Positions 25,954 through 38,029 of a stretch of DNA of 64,000 nucleotides are shown piece by piece. The notes beneath the pieces were generated by a model, which did no database searches, had not been told where the DNA came from, and saw nothing but the letters and a program-made list of their open reading frames with translations. How positions within the stretch are numbered: position 1 is the first letter of the stretch; each line of letters starts with the position of its first letter. The stretch comes from Neoechinorhynchus agilis (Eukaryota; Animalia; Acanthocephala): positions 13,928,784-13,992,783 of the forward strand of contig CM121341.1 of assembly GCA_051530055.1 (NCBI GenBank), read 5' to 3'. The position numbers and the translations under genes are program-made.

Positions 25954-27026
25954 CATCGATAAAAAATCCTTCGGTTTAGTCAAAGTATTATTTTGGTGAT
26001 AATAATACCGGTAATAGCACATTTCATTTTGATTTATTAGAAATATTTCGCGAGGTGACCTCACCTCATCAGTAATTTGAAAATAATATGTTTTCTATTT
26101 CAGGTTTTGAGCTCGAGTGCGCGGGATCGCCAAACCCGAAGTTCGACGACACGTTTTTTTTCCATGATTTTAGTATTGATTTTTAACACATCGCTGGCAG
26201 TTTCAAGCTAAAATTAGCTTTATTTCTTTCCATTGTGTTAGGCACAGCGTTGTGAAAGACCTCCAAAACAAGACGCCTTTTCAAGTTTTCCTCTAGAGCT
26301 CAAAATGAAGGGATAACCCAAAGGGATTATGGACCGGGGAATCCAAGGCTGCAACTATCATCCACACAACAACAACAACAACAACAAATTGTCTCCAGAG
26401 CCCGCATGCTTCGAAAGAGTGCACTTCGTTGATGATGACACGAATCAAATGATTTACTCCATTATGAGTAAGAAGGCTGGAATTCAGCACATTCAAGAGG
26501 AAGGGTAGAATTGAGCCGACTTATGGGATATATAGAATTCAATGTGAACAGTGTGAGAAAGTATATATCGGACAAACGATGCAAGTCATCGAGAAGAGAG
26601 TCGTTCAACATAAGCAAGCCTGCAGTCGATTTGAGCATTCGTCGGCAATTTCGAATCATCAAGAGACATTCAATCATCGAGCGCATTTTGGTGGCACCAA
26701 CTTCATTGAAATAGAGGAAAGCTTGAAAAGGCGTCTTGTTTTGGAGGCCTTGCACATCGCTGTGTCTAACACAATGGAAGGAAATAAAGCTAATTTTAGC
26801 TTGAAACTGCCAGCGACGTGTTAAAAATCAATACTAAAATCATGGAAAAACTTAATTGGTCCCCGAACTTCGGGTTTGGCGATCCCGCACACTCGAGCTC
26901 AAAATCTGAATAAGAAAAACATATTATTTTCAGATGACTGATGAGGCGAGGTCACTTCGCGAAATATTTCTAATAAATCAAAATCAAATGTGCTATTACC
27001 GGGATTATTATCACCAAAATAATACA
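25954..27026 (+). mobile_element. 5'-truncated Penelope-like element, family B: GIY-YIG end plus pLTR, with an inverted pLTR at the 5' end and an 11-bp TSD
   Basis: GIYRIQCEQCEKVYIGQT..RVVQH..SAI.NHQ..H..RRLVLEALHI; ~310-bp inverted repeats 25985-26295/26712-27025; HHRs at 26040-26072 (-) and 26938-26970 (+); AACGATAATAT at 25943-25953 and 27027-27037. Confidence 0.88.
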
Positions 27027-27144
27027 AACGATAATATTTATAGAATGACAGCTCTACTGGACGAATAGTGTTATCATGAAAATCTCAATAGGGTAAGAAT
27101 AATTTTTTTAGAAAAACGAAGTAAATAGACTTCAAAAATTTCCC

Positions 27145-27350
27145 GAAAAATTCCTTTCGCGATTAACGATTATCCCGATTCTGCCAAGATTGTGACCACC
27201 AGTAACCATGGCAACATGACCGACTTCGAACTTGACGTGATCCTCGATTTGTTTTGAGTCAAGATTATAGCGAATTGTGTCGTTTGCTTTTATTGATGGA
27301 TCGGGGTACCGAATAGTTCGTCCATCGTGAGTTACGAGGAACGGCACCCG
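27145..27350 (-). pseudogene. RPS4: Isolated 40S ribosomal protein S4 (eS4) fragment
   Basis: [49 protein letters not shown] then a stop; no other RPS4 exons seen. Confidence 0.8.
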
Positions 27351-27480
27351 GTAGTCTAAAGTTGAGATACGTGATTATCGTTTAAAATCGCTTTCCTTTT
27401 ATCTTCATTGACCAAGATTGATTTAACATAATTTGTCCCTTGTCGCCGAAAACCAAGGCTGTTGAGAATAATGAGAATAA

Positions 27481-27510
27481 CTGAAGAACGTAAAGCTTTT
27501 CAAACGTGTC
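27481..27510 (+). ncRNA. Decayed hammerhead-like relic
   Basis: CTGAAGA-A-..-CAAA-CGTGT-C (GAAA missing G; ACGTGT near-palindromic stem III). Confidence 0.3.
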
Positions 27511-28180
27511 TAATTGTTTTTAGCTCGATCACGAGCATTGGAAACATGAAATGAATATTTTATTATAGTGATCTACTAAAACTATTTAAAATGGGTGTAT
27601 CACAAAATAGCTATTTCATCATCCTATTACAATTCATCTATCTCGATTTCGTCCTTGTCGAGAACCCATATTTGCAACTCGGCGGTTCCCGTCAATATAA
27701 AGGATACTCCCGAAATTAGATTGCAAACGGCACAAATTGACTTGCCAATCTATCTTTCACTATCACACCGTCGTTGGCATTGCAATATATCCCACCCCTG
27801 TATTAAATCCTGTCGTCGCCAAGAGCAGCATAAACAGCAGGGGGCCGGCCATGGCTGTTTTAGCAGTCACAAATCCTGAGGACCTGTCTTCAAATAGCGC
27901 AAGACAGAATGAAATTGGGATCCTTCTAACCGTATTCCTCTGGTTGGTGGCTGTAGGTCCTCGACGAAATTTTTATTCGTGGAAATAAGCCGCAGTGCAC
28001 TAGATCAAGACTACTGAAGCAGATAATTGTTATTGCACTTCTAGGCGCTGACCATGCTAACGGTGCCTGCGAAATACTTCCATCAAGCCTGGAATTTTGA
28101 ATTTGGTTTTTTCCCCGTCTACAACAGATCGAACATTTTATTATACACGCTGACATGTAATCCGTCCGTGACTCCTCAAC

Positions 28181-31100
28181 ATGCGCAGTTTTCGTTCTGA
28201 CGGAAAAAGCGTATTTAGTAGTGAACACCCTTCGAAACCTCCTGATCCTTCTGATGATCATGGAGGTTTTGTTCTGGAGAAGCGACAGCAGCTACTCTCT
28301 AATCTCGAGCTACAACAATCACAAGTCATGGGAAACAACTTCCAGTCGACATCATCAAAACAAATTCCAATATCAAATTACTTGTCTTCACCGACAAAAA
28401 GATGGCCATACACAGCTATCTTCAAATCAAAACCAACCCTTCCCAAACAAATCTAAGCCCTTGGACTCGTTCTTTTAAAAACGATGGTATTAAAAGAATC
28501 GATCACTTAACATATTTCGCCGGCACGCTTAGAATTTATATGATGTCACATACTTGGTTGGAAAAATTGGTCAACTTCTCTATTTCTAATCTTCCCAAGG
28601 AAGTGTATGATGTTTCATATAGCTCTCAAAAAGTACAATTTCTGGTGAAAGCAATTGATCCTTCAATCACCAATGAAGAGCGGAAAGATTTCGAGCAATC
28701 GTTCAATTGCAAGATCAAGTTTTTTCTTAATTCAAGGAGGACAGGTCAACCCATCTCGGTTGCCATGGTGGAGGGACAAAGACAAGTTCGCGACGACTTA
28801 TGCACACAACAATTTTGCTCGTTCAATTGCTTTGAAATTAACTTTGCGATGAAGTCGAACCATGAACAGGATGACTTCATATTCCCACAATGCACCATCT
28901 GCCAGCAATGGGGCCACTGGTGCCAAAATTGCCCCAATCCATCCTTAAAAAAATGTTGCCACTGCGCAGATGCCTCCCATGGTTCGGATCAGTGTATTAA
29001 GTCAAAAAAGCAGTGTGTGAATTGTCATGGGCAACATTCGTCCTTCTATAAAGGCTGTCCTGAGTTCAGGAAATATTGTGCTTGGGCTAAAAAGTCTCTC
29101 AATGCCGGTGGAGACAACAGGAGCAAATTCAGGAATCCAACCCAGCAGTCAGCAGCGAAGCTCAACTCAGCGCTGCCAGCAGCCCCCTATCGTCAATTTG
29201 ACAACTCTACTTCGGAACATTCCGGCAATGCGCCGTCAGCTCAAGTTGTGACCATGGATTTTTTGGAGAGCAAATTAGAAGAAGCCTGCAACAAACTTCT
29301 CATGATCATGCAAGCTCGAGGCATTGTTGGCTTTCGAAAGGAAGATCTGTACCCTAATCGATAATTTGACAAACCTTCCGGCTCTTTTCTCCTCTTGCTT
29401 ATCAAAACAAGATCCAGCAAAACTCAAAAGATCCATTACGTCTGGCGAGGATGCAAGAGTAGAAAAAAAGTCAAATGGTGGATCTCGCTCTAATGAAGAG
29501 GAAGATGTTATGATGGATATTGATGAATCAACTTCAGAATTCGTAGCCAGAATAATCGAAACCCAATCCAAGCTAATTGATAGCGGAACAGCCAACCTGA
29601 TCTCAAATGCGAATTCAAGGAAGCCTTGACTCAATGGCTCAGGAGAAGGTAGGGAATCCTAGGGTGTTGCAGTGGAATTGTGGGGGTGCGACCAACCTTT
29701 CTAAACTCTCGAGATATCTACCTGGAATTTCTATTGTGCTCATTCAAGAATCGAAGAGTGTCTTAAATATAGATCAACTCTTTTCTCATTTACCTCATTT
29801 AAACTCTTCGGCTTTTATCGCTTTTGTCTCTCCTCCTTATGAACCTAATTCACAAGGCCTAATTTCTATCTTTCATTCCTACCTCAGTCCCTCCGTGGTC
29901 ACGTCCTATTCTTGCAAGGAATTGTCGTATAGTATCTTCAAAATTTTTTACAATAAGAAATTTTTCTCACTTGCGAACATATATAAGGCCAGGTTTTATT
30001 CATTGTGCCCATGTGAAGGAAAAAATCAAGTGGCTTTTAAGGGCTAACATTGATCTGATTGTGGGAGATTTCAATGATCCTTCTTTAAGATGGTCTCGGG
30101 CAATTGTAAACGCAGTCAAACCTTCCCACTCTCTTATCTTGCCCAATAATCCGTCGTTCCACAATATTACCACCAACAGTCATTCCTTCTTGGATCTAGT
30201 TATATTGAAAAATGTTTTGAATCTTTCAATCGATTATGATCACCAAGTTTCCACCTTCGACCTCTTAGGACATGACATTTTAATTTGGTCCTTGGGTCAC
30301 ATTGACAGACTACGCAAGGTGTATCATTTATCACCCTTAAATTTAACGTTCTTTCGGCTAGTCAGCGAGAACATTTTCTCACGCTCACTTTTGGATTGCA
30401 ATCTGTCAGATTTCCTACCTTTAGCTAACTCCTTCGTCAATGAGGCCGCTAATACTTTTTTATGTCGTAATGTTAAAACTTTCTCATGCCCTTATGTGAG
30501 CCGATCACATCGTTTTCTAGGACGCCAACTTTATGCTGCCAAAAGATCGGGGGATACTCTTTTATGCAAAACTCTTTCGAGCCTTCTTTGGGCTGCCCGC
30601 TGCCGACAGCAACAACGCAGAGATGCAATCTCTCTTGCGACACTCAACCCTTATTCTTCCAAATGGTGGCGTACCTTTTCAAATAAAGGCCAAACACCTT
30701 GGAAGTCGAAGCTAGCTGCCTGGTTAAAATCCACAACATTGGGGGTATTCTTTTTCATTCCGCGGGCTCGACTACCAACGTGCCATCAATTTGTTTTCGC
30801 AAACTACTTCGTAATCGCACGGATATCACCTTAAAAGATATTCTCGAAGTATGGTCCACAAATCCGAAGTTGGGATCGTCTAATGACTGCCCAGGGACAA
30901 AAATCTTCACACTGCTTCCTAAAAGCTGTGTATCCCTCTTAGCCAAATCTATGCTGCATTCCTCCCCTTACGCTTGGAGAGAGACTAATGTCTCCAGACG
31001 TATTTTCTTGGTTAAAAATTGCAGGAAGGCCATTGTTGAACCAAAAGACGTTCGCCCTATCTCGCTTCAAAATCCCCTTGTAACCATTTATGAACGCGCA

Positions 31101-32466
31101 CTTGCTAATAGGTTGAGATCCTTCATTAATGAACATAATTGCATCTCTTCAAATTGTCATGGTTTTCTAAAAGGGAAATCAGTTCACTCTGCCTTAGCAG
31201 TTATTTACTCCAATTTTTCTTGCTCTTACAAGCCCTTGCGAGCTATGCTTGCCGTGGACATTTCTCAAGCTTTTGATAAGATTTCACTCTCTTTTATTAT
31301 TGAGATGCTTGAATTTTTCAGTATTCCTCACAATTTAATTACACGTATCCACAATATTTTATTTACAAAATCTTTTTACTTCGAAGGCGACATTTCAAAG
31401 ACACTATATTATCGTTCCAATGGTGTTCCACACGGGTCACCTCTGTCACCTATTCTCTTCCTTTTGGCGTCACAATATTTGATTCAAAATTTTAAAATAA
31501 GGGCCTCTCTCACTTGCTATGCGGATGACTTGACTTTTGTCATCTCCGCCCACAGAGCAGCCAAAATGAAAATCCTGATTGGTCAATGTATTGATTATCT
31601 TAACTCCTTTTTACCAAAAATGAATTTATCTTTGAATAGGTCGAAGTGTTTATGTCTTTTTAAAGTTCGCTCATGCCGAATCCAGAAAGATCTTAAATCT
31701 TTTTTTAACAATTTAATGAATAACCCTGTCACCTCTTCCTCAGGTTTTCCAACGCTCCTCTTAAAATTAGAATTTTGGGCCACACTTTTACTTCAAATCC
31801 ATCACCTAGAACAGATTTAGGTAAAATGAAAAAAATGCTCAGTTTAGCTTTTAAAAAGACTAAACGCGCCATCAAACTCGGTCTGAATGTTAAGCAATGC
31901 CAAACTATTTATAAAAGTTGGTGCATTCCGGGCCTAGTCTTTTTTTCTCGAGGTCGTCCCCCGGAACAAAAGTCTTTGTTTGTCAAAACCTTCTGCGACA
32001 ACCTTAACACCCTGTCTTTCTCCTGAGCCGGAGAGTTGAGGAGTTTCTGTTTCAAAAGGTTGGTAGGATGGACTACTTAACCGTGTCACTAGAATGGCTA
32101 TGATGTTGTAAAACTTCTCTATATATATTACCATGATGAATAAATCTTGTTGTTGTGACTCCTGACATATATATAAAATTGAAAAGTTTCTTAAAATCGC
32201 TAAAGCAAAGCTCAGGCGGGCTTCGCGACTCTCCCCTAGTACCATATTGTGTAAAGAATATGGTCCTCATTGGCTATCTTTTGCCTGCTCTTTTACTACG
32301 CCAAAAGTTCCGCTGCATTTTCCCGGGCATCCTATCCAGGCTACCCTTCGTGTTGGCCACTTCAGCCCACTGGAAAAACAAAACGTTCAGATTGGTCAAT
32401 ACAGCACAGAATCCATATTATGTAACCGTATGTGCTTTCAAACATAATTCAGTGGCGAATACATAA
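28181..32466 (+). mobile_element. Near full-length two-ORF LINE (I/Jockey/R1-like group), frameshifted
   Basis: ORF1 28181-29364 with three Cys/His knuckles (CTICQQWGHWCQNC, CCHCADASHGSDQC, CVNCHGQHSSFYKGC); ORF2 from 29634: LQWNCGG, LIQES, VGDFND, RPISL, GFLKGKS, VDISQAFD, GVPHGSPLSP, YADD, LRVGH. Confidence 0.9.
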
Positions 32467-32469
32467 TCG

Positions 32470-32650
32470 ACGACACGGTCCCTGAACTTCGGGAACGGTG
32501 ATCCCTTGAACCCGAGCCATAAAACAGCGAACAACAAATAACTAACAAATCGTATATCCTTCTTGATGACTGATGAGGCGAGGTTTCCGTGCGAAATGTA
32601 TCTTAACAATAAAATACCTTTTAACCGCGATTATTATCACCACAATTCAA
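32470..32650 (+). mobile_element. Solo pLTR related to family B, hammerhead at 32570-32602
   Basis: Shares GGTCCC.GAACTTCGGG, GATGACTGATGAGGCGAGG, GCGAAAT and GATTATTATCACCA with 26850-27020. Confidence 0.75.
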
Positions 32651-32802
32651 AGGTATGCTATTGTTAGGAACATCGTTTTACGCGAAAAACAATTATATGG
32701 GAGACATATCGTAGGACTTATTAAAACCAACATTTATTTCATAATTCCAATTTCATCGAACTGTCAATCGTACTATTTCCTTACGTCCAAATATTCCACT
32801 GG

Positions 32803-33117
32803 CTAAAAAAAGTCAGTAGGACGTCCCCAGCCATCGCATTCCTCTGGGTTCGTGTAAGATGATTGGTAATAATCGTCTTCGCTAATAGAATCTGTTCCCT
32901 GGTTAGAATCCTCTCCAATGTCGAAATACGCAGCCTGAGATTTCTGGTCGTCGTCTACACAATGGCAATAACTTTGATCGTCAATACAATTCGAATACGC
33001 ATCGAATCGTGGTGATGGTTCTACTTTATTGGTGATGATATTTTGCATCTCATCAGCAATCGACTCCTCTCCCTGAACAGACTTTTGTTCACATGCTTGA
33101 TTAGACTCTCTAAACAT
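32803..33117 (-). CDS. Acidic orphan ORF, longer copy
   Basis: MFRESNQACEQK..GWGRPTDFF; TTTCCAG acceptor 8 nt before the ATG; no family recognised. Confidence 0.3.
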   Translation of the reverse strand: MFRESNQACEQKSVQGEESIADEMQNIITNKVEPSPRFDAYSNCIDDQSYCHCVDDDQKSQAAYFDIGEDSNQGTDSISEDDYYQSSYTNPEECDGWGRPTDFF

Positions 33118-35954
33118 TTTTATTGCTGGAAATATCGCCGTAAAAGATATAAGCAATATATTTTGCGTTGGAAGATATTGCTCTAGTAGTTGTGTTTGTT
33201 ATTACTAATACGGAAAATATCACAGTTCCCTCGGGAATGGCGGATCTTATAGCAATTAATAGAAATCTCAATCAAAAGGAACGACACAAAAATTGAATAG
33301 CGTCGACTGTAAAAACGCTAATATTGGCGAAAAATAAAGCCACCCTAATCTACCTTTTAGACCTGAAGAAGTCCGACGAGAAGGATAAAATACTGTGAAA
33401 GTGAATCAATAAATTGATCTCTGTTTCTCATCACCAAACAAAAAATATATCCACGAATAATGTCTTAACAGAATCCAAGATTGTTATAAAGCACATGCTA
33501 GACTGGGTATTGAGCGAAATTAAGGAAATACTGATCCGATCATAATTGCTAATATAGGCAGAACTAAAAAACTTAGATTCTAGCACTGTCTTCACGTGAG
33601 AAAATGAAGACCTTTGATAATCTATTTCTTGAGAATAACCCGCCTTCTAAACGATTTACTATACAGAATTCGGTATATGGACTACTTGCATCGTCAATAT
33701 CTTCTGTTGATTTTAAGTGCTAGTGCAATTTGAGATCAGTGACTGAGCTCGCATTAAATCTCTCACCCACGGTCCTCAAGTGCCCGAAACAAATTATTTT
33801 ATTATATATCTCTCCCCCAAAGGCCTAATCGACGCCGTCAGCTGGCACCGCTCGTTAAGACGCCCATCGCCAGTGGTGACATCTGCCCGGCCAAAGACAT
33901 TCCTCCTGACATTGGGGCGTTTAGTGCTGGTCCAATGCTACCTTGCTAAACATAAGACAACATCCTGATCTGAGTTTGGACGCTTATGGGCTCAATATTT
34001 TCAATTATTTGTTGGTCGCTGCGCATTATTTTCATGATCATTCTGAGGACTTTGGGGTTTATCAAGGATATTTGGTCGGTCCCTTAACACCGCTCTCTTC
34101 AACTTAGCAACTGCGACGATTGTTGTGAACATTGCACCGCCCTAAATGACAAAAAGAGGTTAAGGCGACATGCTGATATTAAGGAATTCATTATGTTCAA
34201 TGGTATCGATGGTCAAATCGCCGAATAGACCGTTTCACGCAAAAAAGAAGTGAAGTTTGATTATATTAAAAACTATGTTGTTTTTGCTAATCAACGTCGG
34301 GGTCGTAACACAGTTTCCAACTCCATTTACTTAGTTTTCGGAGATATCCTTACTACAGTTAATTTACGATTCAATCAAATTTAAACACAAGAGTAAACAA
34401 GGTAAAATTGCGACGATGGACGTTTAAGCCAATAAATATCCCGTAAATTCGATTCTGTTGCTAATTAGATAGAATAAAAACGGTTTTTCGGCTAGTCGTT
34501 GATCACCGCCGATTGAACCACAACGTTCAAATGCAATGTCACGTCGAACATATGTGTTAGGAGGTTAATGGCAACTAACAATGAACATTCTCGCAGACTG
34601 TTGGGTATTTACAACACCATCGAACTCTCATTTACCAACAGTAACTGGTCCGTACCAACACCCATTTCGTTCGATTTGAATACCGAAAATCGGATGAAAT
34701 TCTACCCTTCAACCACGACCGACGAACTCACCTTGTGTGATTTTGCAGTTAAAGAACTCGATGGGTTCAACAAAGATTTATAGTCGTCCGAGCGGATAAA
34801 TCGAATGTAACTATCTCGCGTCATTAGATTGAATATGTGATTCTTAAAGAAAAAATCAGATAATGGTAAATGGGTCAATTAAGCACTCACCAAAGCCTCA
34901 TCAAAACAATGTCGGTTAGGGTTTTCCTTCACAGATAACGTAGTGGTCGTCATTATTTTACTGTCCACGTTGACCGGATTTGGCGCTGATGGATCGAAAA
35001 ATTGGCTAAGCAAAGCAAAAATGGATTATTTTATCGGAAAATAATTTAACTTACCTGTAAACATCATTCACAATTAATTTTACGTCCTTAAGTGGGGCAA
35101 ACCGACATTGTTTTGATTAGCCAATTTTTCGATCCATCAGCGCCAAATCCGGTCAACGTGGACAGTAAAATAATGACGACCACTACGTTATCTGTGAAGG
35201 AAAACCCTAACCGACATTGTTTTGATGAGGCTTTGGTGAGTGCTTAATTGACCCATTTACCATTATCTGATTTTTTCAGGCAGGCTTCAAGAAATCTTAA
35301 GGAAAGATGGTGTTAATAAGTGGCCGAATTGTGGAAATTTACTTTAAATTCTCGCCGCTGAATTCTTTGTTGAGATAACGGTTAAAATATTCTCGTCCAA
35401 GTGAATCCTTCAGAAGTTCAAATATAGATATCGACCATCGTTTAACTCGATTTGGTATTGGCGGTATCTTGCTTAATGTTGCGGAACTTTAAATTAGTAT
35501 TATTAATTCGAGAAAATAGTTAGTCCAGTATCTCGAGGATCATTATTTAGTTATAAAAGATTTGGAGCTGTGTGAACGCCGTTCTTACCTTTTATAGTCA
35601 AACTTCTTCGCGACCGAGAAAGCCACTGAAAGATTGCCCTTTTTGAATGATTGAAGATACAAAAAATTATCAATAATTTAAATAAAAATTTCAGTTTTTT
35701 TTTTTTTTTTTTTTTTTTCTTCGCTCAAAATTCTTTGTGAAAATATTCCAATCGTACATTCATTGAACTATTTGGTTACTTTTCTTTACATTCACCACCT
35801 CCCACCAAATTCCAGCTTTTGTCCTTCCTCGACCGTCGCCATCACGCTGGCAGCATTGCCCCGACTGCAAGTTCTGATCTCTGCTTTTTTACATTTCCTT
35901 GAATGTTTGATTCACCCGTAACTAATAGGGCGGCCCTTAAGAACAAACTACTTA
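32871..35954 (-). repeat. Arm 2 of the inverted duplication: 5'-truncated RGS7 copy with internal rearrangements
   Basis: Reverse complement of 17290-20116 with insertions at ~35100-35277 and ~35697-35865. Confidence 0.9.
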
Positions 35955-36049
35955 GCTATTCTCAATAATCTCAACAAATAATTAAAAAGTTTCCTCAACA
36001 CATTCCGTAAAAATGTCCGTGTCTTTTTCCTTCCAACATTTTAAAATTT

Positions 36050-36150
36050 CCGCGAAAACCCCCGGATCGAGCCATCGGGGAGATCTGATGCCGGTCCCAA
36101 GCCCTGATAAATTGGGAGGGTTGGCGATAGGAAGGGCATCCGGCAGTAAA
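36050..36150 (-). repeat. RTE-type LINE/SINE 3'-tail-like motif
   Basis: TTTTACTGCCGGATGCCCTTCCTATCGCCAACCC..GGGCTTGGGACCGGCA resembles a tail motif I recall from RTE-family repeats; not verified. Confidence 0.3.
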
Positions 36151-36644
36151 ACGTGCTTCAAACTCAAACAACATAATTTTGTTTATTATATTGCTTTCCA
36201 TTCATAAAAGAACATGGAACGAGGACCCTAAGACCCCGACGAGTGTTACTAATATCTTTTCCTATAATCCTAGATCCGGTTGCTCGGCTTTAAATCCATG
36301 CGGTCCATGACAAAACTAAAAAATGAGACGACTATCATCAGAGCTCCCTTTGCCCTCTAATGTTTTGGACTCCTAACAGCAATGTCCGACACCGCAACGA
36401 CGAAGAAAAGTCCTCCATCCGGAGCTTCACATGTGCCACCTATACGTCATTAATATGCTAAAGTATTTCTTTCTCATCAAAGTTTGTCGGCAGCGTAAAG
36501 AGATGTTGGTGTGTGAAATGTGTAACGCTCCATCTCGCCCGTCCGCTCCTATTTCGGTGAAAACCAATTCATAGAGGTTGTCTTTTTCTTTCCCCAACAC
36601 ACCTCAAATCGTCAGAGCGTTACGGTGAGCCTTTTTTTAGAAAA

Positions 36645-37454
36645 ATGAGTCTTCCCAATCGCGACCGTCCAAAGAAGATCATCACAATGGATGATCTTCG
36701 TAAAGCCAAGGATGACCACCAGGTATCTGGCGATGAAGACAACGAGTTTTATGTTGGTGGTTCGGAACGTAGCGGTCAGGCGGTCATTGGCAGCGGTGGT
36801 GGCATTTACGGGGATTTGCTACACAGAGCGGAGAATAACCTCGAGGCGTCATTATCGGCGCATGAGACCGTGTACCTTTGGCGGAATGGAGTAAGTATTG
36901 GAGAAGATGGCGAGCTCTACGAGCTCGGTCATCCTCGAACTACGGCTCTCATTGAAGCTCTTTCTCGGGGAGAAACTCCATCGTTTATGCGATCTTTATA
37001 CAATGAAGGCGAAGAAGTGACCATTTGCGTTCAAGATCGAAAACACGAAGCTTACCCTACAAATAGACAAATGAAGCCCTTCTCGGGCGCTGGTCATCTG
37101 CTAGGTAGTCCCACTCCTCGCATTTCCAGCGATCCGAGACCAGCCGAGAATTTACAAGTAAACGCGGATGATTACATAAGGAATACCGGTGTCGAAATCG
37201 GAACGGCTCGTATTGGCATTCGCTTACCCGATGGGCGACGTTTTAATGTCATGATGAATGGCGAACTACACAGTGTTCATACACTCAGGGATCTCATTTC
37301 TCATTTAGTTCCAGACCTTCTTATTTTTGGCCTTTATGTGGCTCGTGGTACGGGAGGTCTTGTCGAAATCACCGACGACTCAGCAAGCTTACAAGATGCC
37401 CAATTAGTTGGAAACCTCGTAACTGTCAGAGCGAAAAACCTTGATATTGTGTGA
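36645..37454 (+). CDS. NSFL1C: p47/NSFL1C-like (SEP + UBX-like) p97 cofactor, intronless
   Basis: FYVGGSERSGQAVIG, YLWRNG..LSRGETP, PFSGAGHLLGSP, IGIRLPDGRR. Confidence 0.78.
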   Translation: MSLPNRDRPKKIITMDDLRKAKDDHQVSGDEDNEFYVGGSERSGQAVIGSGGGIYGDLLHRAENNLEASLSAHETVYLWRNGVSIGEDGELYELGHPRTTALIEALSRGETPSFMRSLYNEGEEVTICVQDRKHEAYPTNRQMKPFSGAGHLLGSPTPRISSDPRPAENLQVNADDYIRNTGVEIGTARIGIRLPDGRRFNVMMNGELHSVHTLRDLISHLVPDLLIFGLYVARGTGGLVEITDDSASLQDAQLVGNLVTVRAKNLDIV

Positions 37455-37535
37455 GCACATGAAAAATAATGGTGAATTCTTGCTAAAATCGGATCTTTGC
37501 TACGCCACACATTATGTGCTATGTTGATATTTTAG

Positions 37536-37967
37536 ATGGGACGTCGAAGTGGAGGTGGCGGAAGACCATTCCAGTCACGGCGTTCAACATCATTAAGCAA
37601 ACCAAATCCGTCGAGTTTATCGATGCCGTCCTACAAAAGTCCGCAGCAACCTGGTCTTTTTGGTCAAATGGCATCCACGGCCGCCGGTGTAGCTTTAGGT
37701 TCAAGCATTGGTCATGCAGCCGGAGCAGCACTTGTTGGAGGATCTAATTCATATCCCGGTGGAGGTGCCGTAGCTCCCAGTACTCAATATCAGTCCAATC
37801 CGTGCATGCAACAGATTCAAGACTTTTTAAAATGCGTAGAGAACAACAATGACATTTCGCTTTGCCAGGGTTTCAATGATGCCCTGAAGGAATGCAAATT
37901 TAGATACGGTAAGAAACTTTTTTTAGATGTGATCATCCATTCTCAACATAGGTCTTTAATGTCATAA
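37536..37967 (+). CDS. CHCHD2: CHCHD2/CHCHD10-like mitochondrial twin-CX9C protein (splice donor near 37908; last exon not resolved)
   Basis: QQPGLFGQMASTAAGVALGSSIGHA, PCMQQIQDFLKC..DISLCQGFNDALKECK. Confidence 0.88.
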   Translation: MGRRSGGGGRPFQSRRSTSLSKPNPSSLSMPSYKSPQQPGLFGQMASTAAGVALGSSIGHAAGAALVGGSNSYPGGGAVAPSTQYQSNPCMQQIQDFLKCVENNNDISLCQGFNDALKECKFRYGKKLFLDVIIHSQHRSLMS

Positions 37968-38029
37968 AATATCTCATTTAATGTGTGTGTTTGGAAATAA
38001 TAGCACGAAATTGGCTCATCATCCAATTC

